Shown: piece after piece, positions 53,359 to 64,000 of the stretch
Layout of the letters: every line of letters starts with the position of its first letter
How positions within the stretch are numbered: position 1 is the first letter of the stretch
Source: Neocallimastix sp. 'constans'
Taxonomy: Eukaryota
Direction: 5' to 3'
Length of the DNA stretch: 64,000 nucleotides
Assembly: GCA_050613775.1 (NCBI GenBank)
Contig: JBODTK010000100.1
Coordinates: forward strand, 372,001-436,000
Notes under the pieces: model-generated
Told to the model about the DNA's origin: nothing
The model's input: the letters and a program-made list of their open reading frames with translations, nothing else
Database searches by the model: none
Program-made: the position numbers and the translations under genes

Positions 53359-56300
53359 TGTTAGAGATTTTATTATAAGATCAAGTGTAAATTTTTCAAA
53401 TTTAACATAATTACTTAGTTTTATACTTTTTAGAATGTTATAAATATAATTTATCGGTTATTACAATATTAAGAATAAATTAATAATTATTTTAATAATT
53501 TGTTATTTTTGACACTCCCCCCAAAAATCTAACTTCATAAAAAAAAAAAAACTTTATTGAAAAGAGAAAAAAAAATGAAGATAGATTTTAATTCAATTTC
53601 TTTAGAACTTCGTTAATAGAGAATTTCTAAACTTATCCATTAAGGTTTTGTTCAAATACTTAGTAAAACCATCTGCCAGATTATTTTTAGATTTTATATA
53701 TTTTAATTCAATGAGTTTTTTTACTAACTAAATTTCTAATGTGATGATATCGAATATCGATATGTTTTGATTTTGGATTTATCGATTGATTTTCACCGTT
53801 ATATATTGTTGACTTATTATCTTCAAATATTGTAATACAATTGATATTAATATTTAATTCATTCAAAAAATTTTTATACCATAACGAATGTTTAGCACAT
53901 TCGCTCAAGCTATAATACTCAGCTTCGGCAGTGGAGGTAGAAACGCAATGTTGTAATTTAGAGTACCAACTTGTTGGGGTATTTCTTAACATCATTAAAA
54001 ATCCAGATGTGGACTTTCTTGTATTTGAATCACCTGGGTAGTCTGCATCCACAAAGACTTTTAAATTCATTCCCTTTTTGAATTTTTATACTGTAATTTC
54101 TTGTATATTGTATATTGAAGATAGTTAAAAATCTTCAAAACGTTTTTCCAATTGCTTGATTTTCTTGTAGCCTTGCTAACTGCAAAAAGTATGTCGGGGT
54201 CTGGTACAGATTCCCAAATATAACAAACTACCTATAGCGCATCTATATTTCGTCTCATTGAATTTCTTTGTTTTTAGTTGGGGATTCTCTATTGGAATAA
54301 GACTTTTTGTAATTGTACAAGAATTAATATTGAATTTGTTTTAAAATATATCATTTATATATCTTGATTGATGTTGAATATATCCATCTGTAATTTTATT
54401 AAATTTTATTCCAATAATGAATTCTACATCACCAATATCTTTGATATTAAACTTTTGTTTGATTGATTCTTTTTACTATATTTATTTCATTTGAAGTTCC
54501 AGCTATAAGTATGTCGTCAACGTAGACTGACAAGATACATATTATTTCCTTTTTCTTATATTAACTTTCTTGTATACATAAGGCTCACTTTTTGATCTGC
54601 TAAAACCTATTTTTATTAGTTCTTAGTTTAATTTATTGTTCCATTCTTTCCTTGCTTGCTTTAGGCCATAGAGAGCTTTATTTAATTTCCAAAAAGATTT
54701 TCCATAAGATTGATGTCCTTCTGGGGCTTTCATGTATATTTGTTCATTCAGAGAGGTATTTAAATAGGCCGAATTAATATCTATTTGTTTTATTTCGAAG
54801 TTCATGTTCACGGCAATGACTGTAATGATTCTAATAGCATCCTGTTTGAGGGTAGATGCAAACTTTTCCTTATAGTCGATTCCATATTTTTGAGTATATT
54901 CCTTAGCGACCAGTCTTGCTTTTCTTTTTGATTATCTTACCATTTGAATCCCTTTTATATTTGAATACCCACCTAGAAGAAATGATGTTAGATCCTGAAG
55001 GTATCTTATTAACAATTGAATAAATCTTATGTTTTTTTTTCATGTTGTCCAGCTTTTCTTTTTTACTGAAGTTAACCATTCCTTTTTATTTTTTAATTTG
55101 AATATATCTTTGAAAATGTAGGGTTCAATCAGAGTATTGTTATTCTGATTTATTTTCATGATTTCTGTGTTACTTAACCTTTTTTTCTTTTATTTGAATC
55201 GGATGAATTTATACATAATTTTCTTTTTTGTACTTTCAAAAAAAAAATAATTGTCTTTGTCTTCGTTGTTTTCTTTGTATTTATTGTTAATAATATTAAT
55301 TTCCTTCTGAATATTTGTTGATTTATTGATGTTGTCGTTTTCCATTGTGTTGTGAAGTTCATTATTAATACCTTTTGGGTTATTATGTTGAACATTATTA
55401 TTATTTGTTGATTCATTTCTTATTGTGCTGATATTTGTTTTGTTGATTATAGTAGTATTATCATTATGATTAATATTACTACTGTTGTTATTTTTATCAC
55501 TGTGTTTGTTGATGTATTGATTTATATTTTTGTAAGTGTTGGTGTCTTTTTGATTATTTGAATTTATATTTTTATTCAAAAAATATATTCATTAGTCTTG
55601 TTTTTCTTATTGTCAGTTTTAATGTAATAATTGTACTGATTTAATTTCTTGATATGGGCACTCTCCCTGAATTCGTTATTGGTAATGTATTTGTTTATAA
55701 AAGAATTTCCGGGTTCATTTTCCATAAATTCGACAGTACGAGCTAAAATAATTTTATTATTTATAATATCATACACTTTATATCCATTAGTGTTGTTACT
55801 TATAACCAAGAAAGATTCCAGGGTGAGAGTTGTTATTGAATTTTGAACGAAGTTCTTTGGGAACAAAGAAGTAGACCCTGTATCCAAAAACTCGAAAGAT
55901 ACTGATAATCTATGGGTTTGTTATTAGAAAACTTCATAAGGAATTCTTTTTTTGATTACCTTGGTGGGGGGGAGTCTATTATAAATGAAGTTAGCAGTAT
56001 CGACTGCATACTCCCAGAATTCATGACTAAGTTTGGCTTCGTTGAGTAATGCTTTGGCAGAGGAAATAAGGATGCCATTAAATCTTTCTGCTCGACCATT
56101 TTTGAGAGGGATTATACGGAATTGATGAAATTGATATTTGATCCTATTTTCTTGACAGAAAGTTTGAAATTGACTATTTTGAAATTCTTTTCCATTGTCA
56201 AAGCGAATAGCTTTTATAGTTATATTTTTTTTTTTTTTTTTTTGAATTATATATTTTCATTGTACCAAATAATGAATTTATTGAATACCTCACTTTTTTT

Positions 56301-56500
56301 TTTACTTTCAGTGAAGATTACCCAACCGAATCTTGAAATAGTCGTCTAAGATAGTGATGAAGTATTTATTATTGTTAATGGAGCTGATGACAGGTCCAAC
56401 AAGATCCATATGAATAAGATCTAAAATTTGACTTGTTTTATTTGTTGAAACTTTATAAGGTTTATTTTTTAGTTTTGGAGTTGATGTATGTTGGGCATTT
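53359..56500 (-). mobile_element. Decayed, 5'-truncated Ty1/Copia retrotransposon (IN-RT-RNase H, PPT, candidate 3' LTR 53514-53359)
   Basis: IN: LDLIHMDLVGP, NGRAERFNG, FWEYAVDTANFIYNRLP. RT: KARLVAKGYTQKYGIDY, QIDINSAYL, LNKALYGLKQA, VYVDDIL. RNase H: DADYPGD..RKSTSG, KHIDIRYH. Many frameshifts. PPT GGGGGGAG (53522-53515) abuts TGTC; possible LTR end ...CTAACA at 53359. Confidence 0.93.
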
Positions 56501-56794
56501 AATTTTTATATTAATATTTTTATATTAATACTTTATTATTGAATTGAAAAAAAAAAAAAAAAAAAAAAAAAAGAAGTAAAGAAAGAAAAAAAAAAAATTT
56601 TTTTTTTTTTTTGTTTTTTTATTAATTATTTTTTTTTTCATTAATAAATTTTTTTTTTCAGTAATTATTTTTTTTTCAGAAATTATTATTATTATTATTA
56701 TTATTATTTTTTTTTTTTTTTTTTTTTTTAATAAATAAAAATGATTCTACTTTTTGATGCAATAAATAAGTCGAAAAAAAAATGAAAAAATGAT

Positions 56795-56876
56795 CGTCAC
56801 CTGCAGGACTCGAACCTGCGCTCCCAAAGGGAAATGGCTTAGCAGGCCACCGCGTTAACCACTCCGCCAAAGTGAC
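56795..56876 (-). tRNA. tRNA-Ser(GCT)
   Basis: GTCACTTTGGCGGAGTGGTTAACGCGGTGGCCTGCTAAGCCATTTCCCTTTGGGAGCGCAGGTTCGAGTCCTGCAGGTGACG. Full cloverleaf, long variable arm, intact A/B boxes, G73, and a downstream T6 terminator. Confidence 0.97.
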
Positions 56877-56889
56877 TTTTTGTTTTTTC

Positions 56890-57421
56890 TGCTACAGTAT
56901 TTAAATAAAAATGAAAATTGTCAATAAAATTGTAATAAAATATAATAAATAATTAATTATATCACAATAATAAATAATAATATAAAATTATTCAAATTTA
57001 TTTAATTAATTAACAGCCAATAGGATTTAAATTATAGTAAATTAAAAGTATAAAAAGAAAAATTATTATAAATTTTTTAAAGGGTGGTTTTTTTTGGAGA
57101 AAATAGATATACATTAGTTAAGATAAATATATTCGGGGAATATATTTATTTATAAAATATAATATAGTAATAAGTTAGAAATAAATAGTTAATAAGATTT
57201 TTTATAATACTTTATTATAAAATTGTATCACGACATAATAAATTAAATAAAATAAAATAAAACGACAAAAATAATTCTTAAAATTCTGTTTTAAAATAAA
57301 GTGTGTAGTAATTATATATTTCTATATTAGAATATACTATTTTATTTTATACTATCTTGCAAACTCACAAAAATATTGATACTAAAATATTAATAATAAA
57401 GATTAATAAAATAACGTATCA
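56890..57421 (+). mobile_element. Candidate solo LTR (532 bp) starting 13 bp upstream of tRNA-Ser
   Basis: TGCTAC...GTATCA termini (5/6 inverted match), flanked on both sides by TTTC (56886-56889 and 57422-57425). CCAAT at 57017 and TATAAAA at 57049. Homologous motifs to 13162-13585. Confidence 0.6.
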
Positions 57422-58173
57422 TTTCTGGTAAAGAATGACTATAAATTACTTATTTTGTTATGTTTAGACATAACTTAACCATAATTAAGTTTATATTCTT
57501 TACTAATGGAACTTTCTTATATTCTTCCATGAATTAAATTAAAAATTTTATTATATAATATTATAAATTAATTAAAATTATTATAATATTAATTAAAATT
57601 TTTATAAAAATATTTTTTATAAAATCATTACTGAATCTTAATTAAATTAATATTAAAATACATATAAACTCTTCAAAAATTTATATTAACAAATTCTTTA
57701 TTGAATCTATATTAAAATTATTTTATATTTTTATTATATTTTTATCAAATTAATTATTATTAACTTTCAATAACATTATAAATTAATATTAATTTTTATT
57801 AAACTTAAAATAAATTATCATTAAATAATTTATTATTTTTACCAAATTCAATTAATATTTTTGTAAACTTTTAATTAAAAATTTTATTAAAAACTTTTTA
57901 ATTATTTACTCCAGATATTATTTAATTAAAATCTTTATAATATCTTTTTAAATAATAATTTTTTTATTCCTTTATGGAATTTATATTAAACATATTATTA
58001 ATAATTTTATTTAACATTTAATTAAGAATGAATTAATAATTCTTTTAATTAAATACTTAAATTCTTTTTCATTTCCAAGATATTAAACTTTAAAAATGAA
58101 ATCGAATATAAATATCTGAAGAAAATAACTTCTTCTAAAGATATAAAATAAAATAACACAAAACAATAATAAA

Positions 58174-58208
<35 letters not shown>

Positions 58209-59399
58209 TAATAATAATAATAAAATAAAAATAGTAATAATATTAGTAATAGTATAAGTAATAGTATTAATATTAATATTAGGAATAGTAATAATTTAGC
58301 TAATAAAATTTAATTAGTTTAATAAATAATGTAATTACTTTAAAAATTAAATAAATAAATAAATTATAAAATTGTTATTGTGTAAATAAATATTTTAAAT
58401 CTTTATCTTTTGTGTATAAAAATTTTGTTTTTCCCAATGAACCATAACATTTCTTTTTGTAAGAATCTATAATTATTTTTAACAAAATAATTATATTTTC
58501 TTAGTTTGTCAAAGTTTTAAGATAATTTGGTCTTAACGATTAGGTCAAGATGCCAAATTATAGTAATTAATTAATAACTTAATTTTACTCTTATTTAAAA
58601 CATATTGTTATTAGTAAATTTTATAATTAAGTTTTTTTTTAAAATATAAATTTTATTTAATTTTAATAATATTTTATTACATTATTATTTTATATTATTA
58701 TTACTATAATTTAAATTACAATAATCCTACAAAGGATTAATCAAAGAATTTAAACATGTATTTATATAAAATAATTAATTATTAAAATATTAATTATTAA
58801 TATGAATATGTAAATAATATTAATATAAGTTTGATATTGATAATATAAAGTTAGATAATAATATAAATATTTAATATAAATAAAATATAAGAATCAAATA
58901 TTGCTAAATATTATATTTTATAATTAAAATATAATATGTAGAAATTAATTTAATGACAATCACGTGTTTACATTATTTAATATATATTAAATTCAATATG
59001 TTAATAATATTTAGTAATTAGTTGGCCTAGACTAATTCCTAAATATTTTAATAATAATTATTATATTATTAATTATTAATATTGAAATTCAAATAACTGA
59101 ATTATTGAAATTGAAATTGAAATTGAATTAAATGGAAATTCAATTATTATCTTAACATAGTTAGGTTATAATTAATATAACTTTTATTTAACTCATATTT
59201 CATTTATACAATTAATTATAATTAATAATTTATTTAATTATATATTAAAATTTTATTTAGTTTAATATTAAAAATTTATTTAATCAAATAATTTTTATAC
59301 ATTTAAAATAATATTAAATTTATTTAATTATTCACTTAATTATTAAATTTATTAGTTTTAGTTTTCTCTCACTTATTAAATCATAAACTAAAACACTAT

Positions 59400-59995
59400 T
59401 CTGTATTTTATCATGTATTCTGTATTCTATCATGTATTCTGTATTGTATTAATCATGTATTTTATTATTAATGTATTGTTTTATATTTTTTATGTAAAGT
59501 TCTATAAAATAGAACTAAATAGATTAAATTTTAAATTTTATGATCGAAATAATTTTCATTTATTTTATTCTTTTATTTTCGATCATTATATTAGATTAAG
59601 TAATCGGTTAATTAAGGTTTTTCCAATTACTTCTTAAAAGTAATCGGTTTTACTTAATTAACACGATGATCGATATGGATAGAATATCGATCAAAAAACT
59701 TATCTAGGTTTTTCTTCTAGTCTTTTCCTAGATAAGAGATTTGTTAAGATTAGAACCCCTTTTGATTTTAACCTTATTTTGACAAAAAAGTATAAATAAG
59801 GCTCTTGAGTTCTCTTGAGAAATCAAGAGTTATTATTATAACAATTATAATATAATAATAATAACAATAAGTTTTAACATTTAAAATTTTTAATAAAAAA
59901 TAAAACAAATTATTTTAATAAAACAAATTTTATAATTAAAACTTTTCCTTATCAATTTTAGTGTTTCGTCTATTATAATTCGTTATAATAAACTC
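59400..59995 (+). promoter_or_regulatory. Candidate 5' LTR/leader of the Ty3/gypsy element (left boundary unknown)
   Basis: Short direct repeats at 59401-59460, TATAAATA at 59791, several perfect stem-loops, and a candidate LTR end CGTTATA at 59981-59987. Confidence 0.45.
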
Positions 59996-60489
59996 GATAA
60001 TTAGAAAGAACCATAGGTAAGTATGATTCTTTTCTAAACCTTTAATATTAGCAGTTAGAGCTAATATTAATGATTAATAATTTAATTATAATTTTTTAAT
60101 TAAATTATTACAATAACTCTTCTTAGTATAGTTTAATAGAATAGTTAATTAATTTAATAATATAATTAATTTCTAGAATCAAGTAGTACAAAATAATTTA
60201 GTGTAGTACAATAAAAATTTTTATGATTAATAATAAATAAAATAATATAAATTATATAGAATAATCTAGAAATTAAAAAAATAAATTAATATATAGTAAA
60301 TAAATTAAATATTAAAATATAAGTAGATAATATTAGTAAATCAGATCAAAAATCATTAATTAATAATTTAGTACAGAAATTATAAGAATAAATTAATATA
60401 AACCATAAATTAAATATTAAAAAATAAGTAAATAGTAATAATTAGTTGGATAAATAATTAAAATCATAAAAAATTAAAAGAATAGATAT

Positions 60490-60790
60490 ATAGTAATAAA
60501 TAATAATAAATAATAATAAATAATACTAAATAATACTAAATAATAATAAATAATAATAAATAATAAATAATAATAAATAATAATAAATAATAATAAATAA
60601 TAATAAATAATAATAAATAATAATAAATAATAATAAATAATAATAAATAATAATAAATAATAATAAATAATAATAAATAATAATAAATAATGATAGTAAA
60701 TAATAAATGATAAATGATAAATGATAAATGATAAATAATAAAAAAAATTAAACAACAATAAATAGCAATAATAAAATAAATAATAACAAT
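60490..60790. repeat. (TAATAATAAA)n 10-bp microsatellite in the gypsy leader
   Basis: Direct reading of the sequence. Confidence 0.9.
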
Positions 60791-60825
60791 AATAAGAACA
60801 CATAAATACACTAACATATGTTTAC

Positions 60826-63800
60826 ATGATTAGTGAAGTTGAATCCTCAAAGCTTATAACAGCTTTAACAGAATTTATTCCTACCTTCTTTTCCGCCAAC
60901 GGAGTGTTATCCAAGGACTTAGCTGATAACAACAAACTTAACGTTAATGAGCTCCTGGAACAGAGTGAATTGTTTTTTAAAAAACATCCTAACTCTTTTT
61001 CCACGGACGACTTAAAAATTTCTTATGTTATCAGCATGTTACATGGACCTCCAAAGAAATGGGGACTTTCATTGAAGGCTGATGGGACTTTAAATTCGTT
61101 AAGCTATGACACCTTTAAAGATATTTTGATAAGCAATTTTGGGGATACTAAAGAACAGAAGGATGTTCTTATTGAACAACTTCTAAACTTAAAACAACTT
61201 CATTTAGGAAGAGCCGCATTATATACTATTGAATTTCGAAGGTTAGCTGGACGTATTGGATGGCCGGACGATGTATTCATTGACCTAATCAAAAGAGGTC
61301 TTCTTGAGGATGTTAAAACAGAGTTCAATAAATTAGACAAACCTAAAAGTTTATTTGAGGCAACAAATTCTATTATCAATATTGATAGAAAATGTTTACT
61401 TAAGCAAAAAGTAAAGACCAATGACTACAAGCCAAAGAGTAGTAAATCTTTCAAACGAAAAAGAAACGAAACTAACATGACCGAAAACAAATTTAAACGC
61501 AATAAGCACCATAAGGGACGAGACAATGGAAGTATTTTATCAGCAAATTACACCCCAAGTCATAATAATAAAATGACTACAACTTTCTTGTTAACCGTTA
61601 ATAACAAAAAGATTAAAACCAGAATCCTTATTGACTCGGGCTCTGCTAGAAGTTATCTCTGCAAAATCTTCGTAACAGCAAACAAAATTCCTTATTCAAA
61701 CCTCTCAAATACGATCAATGTAAAACTTCCTAATGAAAAGAATATGGCTATAAAACAAGTTACAAAAAGTCTTAAGCTTACTTTCATGGACCATACGGAA
61801 ACATTTGAATTCTTTATAGCCAATTTACAACTTCAAGACGTATCTGCAATCCTTGGAAGAGATTGGTTAAGCCTTCATTCACCCTACATTGATTACAAAA
61901 ATAATAAAATTTACTTCTTGGAAAGCTACTGTAAAAACCATTGCCCTTCTGCTAAGGGTAATAGGTTTGTTTTCCATTCATCAGATATTACTGCTTCTCT
62001 CTTACCCAATAATGAACAGAAGGAAGAAATTCCTCTTGACTCAATAATTCCAGATTCCATACCTGAAGACGAACTTAAAGATATGAACATTTGCGCTGCT
62101 TTAGTTCACAATAGTGAAATTAAGAATACCAAAAGAAATAAAAAAATAATTAAAAAATATTATTATGACCTTTGTATTGTATTTGAAAAGAAAGAAGCTG
62201 ATAAACTCCCTCCACACCGTGTTTATGATATATCCATTGATTTAGTTCCCGGTGTTCAACTTTATTTTGGACCAATTTATTCGTTGACTGTTGAAGAAAA
62301 GAAGGCACTTCGTGAATACATTAAGGAAAACCTTGCTAAAGGATTCATTAGAAAATCAAAATCTCCTGCTGGTGCCCCGGTGCTATTTGTTAGAAAACGT
62401 GACGGTTCTCTTAGACTTTGTGTTGACTATAGAAAGCTCAATTCTATCACCATTAGAAACAGTTATCCAATTCCTAGGATATCTGATTTGATAGAATCAT
62501 TTAAAGGTGCTATTATTTTCTCTCGGCTTGACTTAAGATCTGCCTATAACTTAGTTCGTGTCAAGAAAGGCCATGAATACCTTACTGCTTTTCGTACTCC
62601 TTTTGGTCATTTTGAATACCGTGTAATGCCTTTTGGTTTACGTAATGCACCTTCGGTTTTTCAACGCTTTATCCAAGACATTTTTTCTGATGATATTGGC
62701 TTGTTTCTCTTTGTCTACTTAGATGACATTATAATATATTCGAAAAACCTTACTGAACATATTAAACATGTTCATCATGTCCTTTCCTTGTTAGTCAAAA
62801 ATGGTCTCTATGTAAAACTTGAAAAATGTGAATTTCACATTCCTGAAACTACTTTTTTAGGGTTTGTTGTATCAATAAATGGCCTTTCTATGGATAAAAA
62901 CAAAGTAAAATCAATTCTTGAATGGCCTACTCCAAAAAACATGAATGAACTTCAAAGTTTCCTCGGACTCTGTAACTACTATAGGAAATTCATAAAGAAT
63001 TTCGCCATAATTATGGAACCCTTAAGAATACTCCTCAAGAAGAATAACGAGTTCAAATGGAATGATGATGCTGAGAATGCCTTCAAAAAATTAAAACTTG
63101 CTTTTACCACAGACGAAATCCTTATCTACCCCGATCCAGATAAGGAATTCACTGTTGAAACTGATGCCAGTGATTTTGCTGTGGGTTGCATTCTTTCTCA
63201 AATCAGTGACAAGGATAACGAACTTCACCCTGTCGCTTTTCATTCTAGGTCTTTGTCATCTTCTGAATTAAATTATACAATATATGACAAGGAACTACTC
63301 GCTATTATCACCGCTTTTGAAACCTGGCGTCACCACCTTGAAGGGGCTAAGTTTCCTGTTCAAATCATTACCGATCACAGGAATTTATTATATTTTAAAA
63401 AGCCTCAACATTTAAACCAACGCCAGATAAGATGGAGCCTCTTTCTTTCTAAGTTTGACTTTAGGATTTCGTTCAGACCTGGATCAAGGTGTGGTAAACC
63501 AGATTCGTTGTCGAGACGTCCGGATTATAAATCCGTGGTTTCCCTCCACAACAAAGACCGTCCTTTATTGGATGATAATGCCTTTTGTTGTGCAAACACT
63601 ATTATCAGTAGCTTGATTGATACCCAACCGACTGACAAATTTTGTGGATCAAGGAGTAGTGAACCAGATTCGTCGTCGAGACGTCCGGATTATAATTCCG
63701 TGGTTTCCCTCCACAACAAAGACCGTCCTTTATTGGATGATAATGCCTTATGTTGTGCAAACACTGATAATATTAGTAGTTTGATTGATGCCCAAACGGC

Positions 63801-64000
63801 TGACACATATTGCAAATCTATTTTAGAAAAGATTAAAACTAAGTCAAACACAGTTAAAAGTTCTTTATTTTCTTTAAATGAAGGGGTCTTACATTTCCAA
63901 AACAGAATCATCGTCCCATCCACTTTAAGAGCAAGAATTTTGAAATCTTTTCATGATTCACCCACCAACGGACACCAAGGTATTGACAAAACTCTTGAAA
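60826..64000 (+). mobile_element. Ty3/gypsy (Tf1/sushi-like) gag-pol polyprotein, single uninterrupted ORF open past the window end
   Basis: Read in frame from ATG 60826 with no stop. Gag: KISYVISMLHGPPKKW, YTIEFRRLA..GW. Protease: ILIDSGS, ILGRDWL. RT: LPPHR, LRLCVDYRKLN, VMPFGL, YLDDI. RNase H: ETDASDFAVG, DKELLAI, TDHRNL. Integrase Zn-finger start: HDSPTNGHQG. Missing from the ORF track because it has no stop inside the window. Confidence 0.97.

Noticed and set aside
56676..56870. 64-aa ORF MAEWLTRWPAKP...
   Set aside because: It is the translation of the tRNA-Ser gene plus homopolymer runs.
57430..58110. Possible heavily mutated gag-like ORF and PBS (TGGTAAAG at 57426) after the tRNA-adjacent LTR
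   Set aside because: There are many stops, no recognisable motif, and no tRNA 3' end I can match to the TGG tract. It remains an unsupported alternative to the solo-LTR/TSD reading.

Overview
Extremely AT-rich eukaryotic DNA with GT-AG introns. The ciliary GTPase ARL6, the base composition and the PKS style suggest an anaerobic gut fungus (Neocallimastigomycota); this assignment is an inference. In order, the window holds: the 3' part of ARL6/BBS3; a 14-exon, ~2,690-aa MYSM1-like SWIRM + JAMM/MPN+ deubiquitinase with large coding tandem repeats; a decayed initiator tRNA-Met; a ~17-kb satellite of ~250-bp hairpin-rich units; Cof-HAD and retroelement fragments; a stand-alone 2,250-aa type I PKS with an intronless CDS (KS-AT-DH-KR-ACP plus a Ser-less TE and a Ser-less ACP-like N-terminus); inverted minisatellite blocks; a decayed Copia element; an intact tRNA-Ser(GCT); and an uninterrupted Ty3/gypsy gag-pol ORF that runs off the window end. 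The most novel-looking signal is that two different tRNA genes 44 kb apart each have a related LTR-like element starting 13-15 bp upstream and pointing away. This suggests a Ty3/DGLT-A-like, tRNA-gene-targeting retrotransposon family. All calls were made by eye, without computation.
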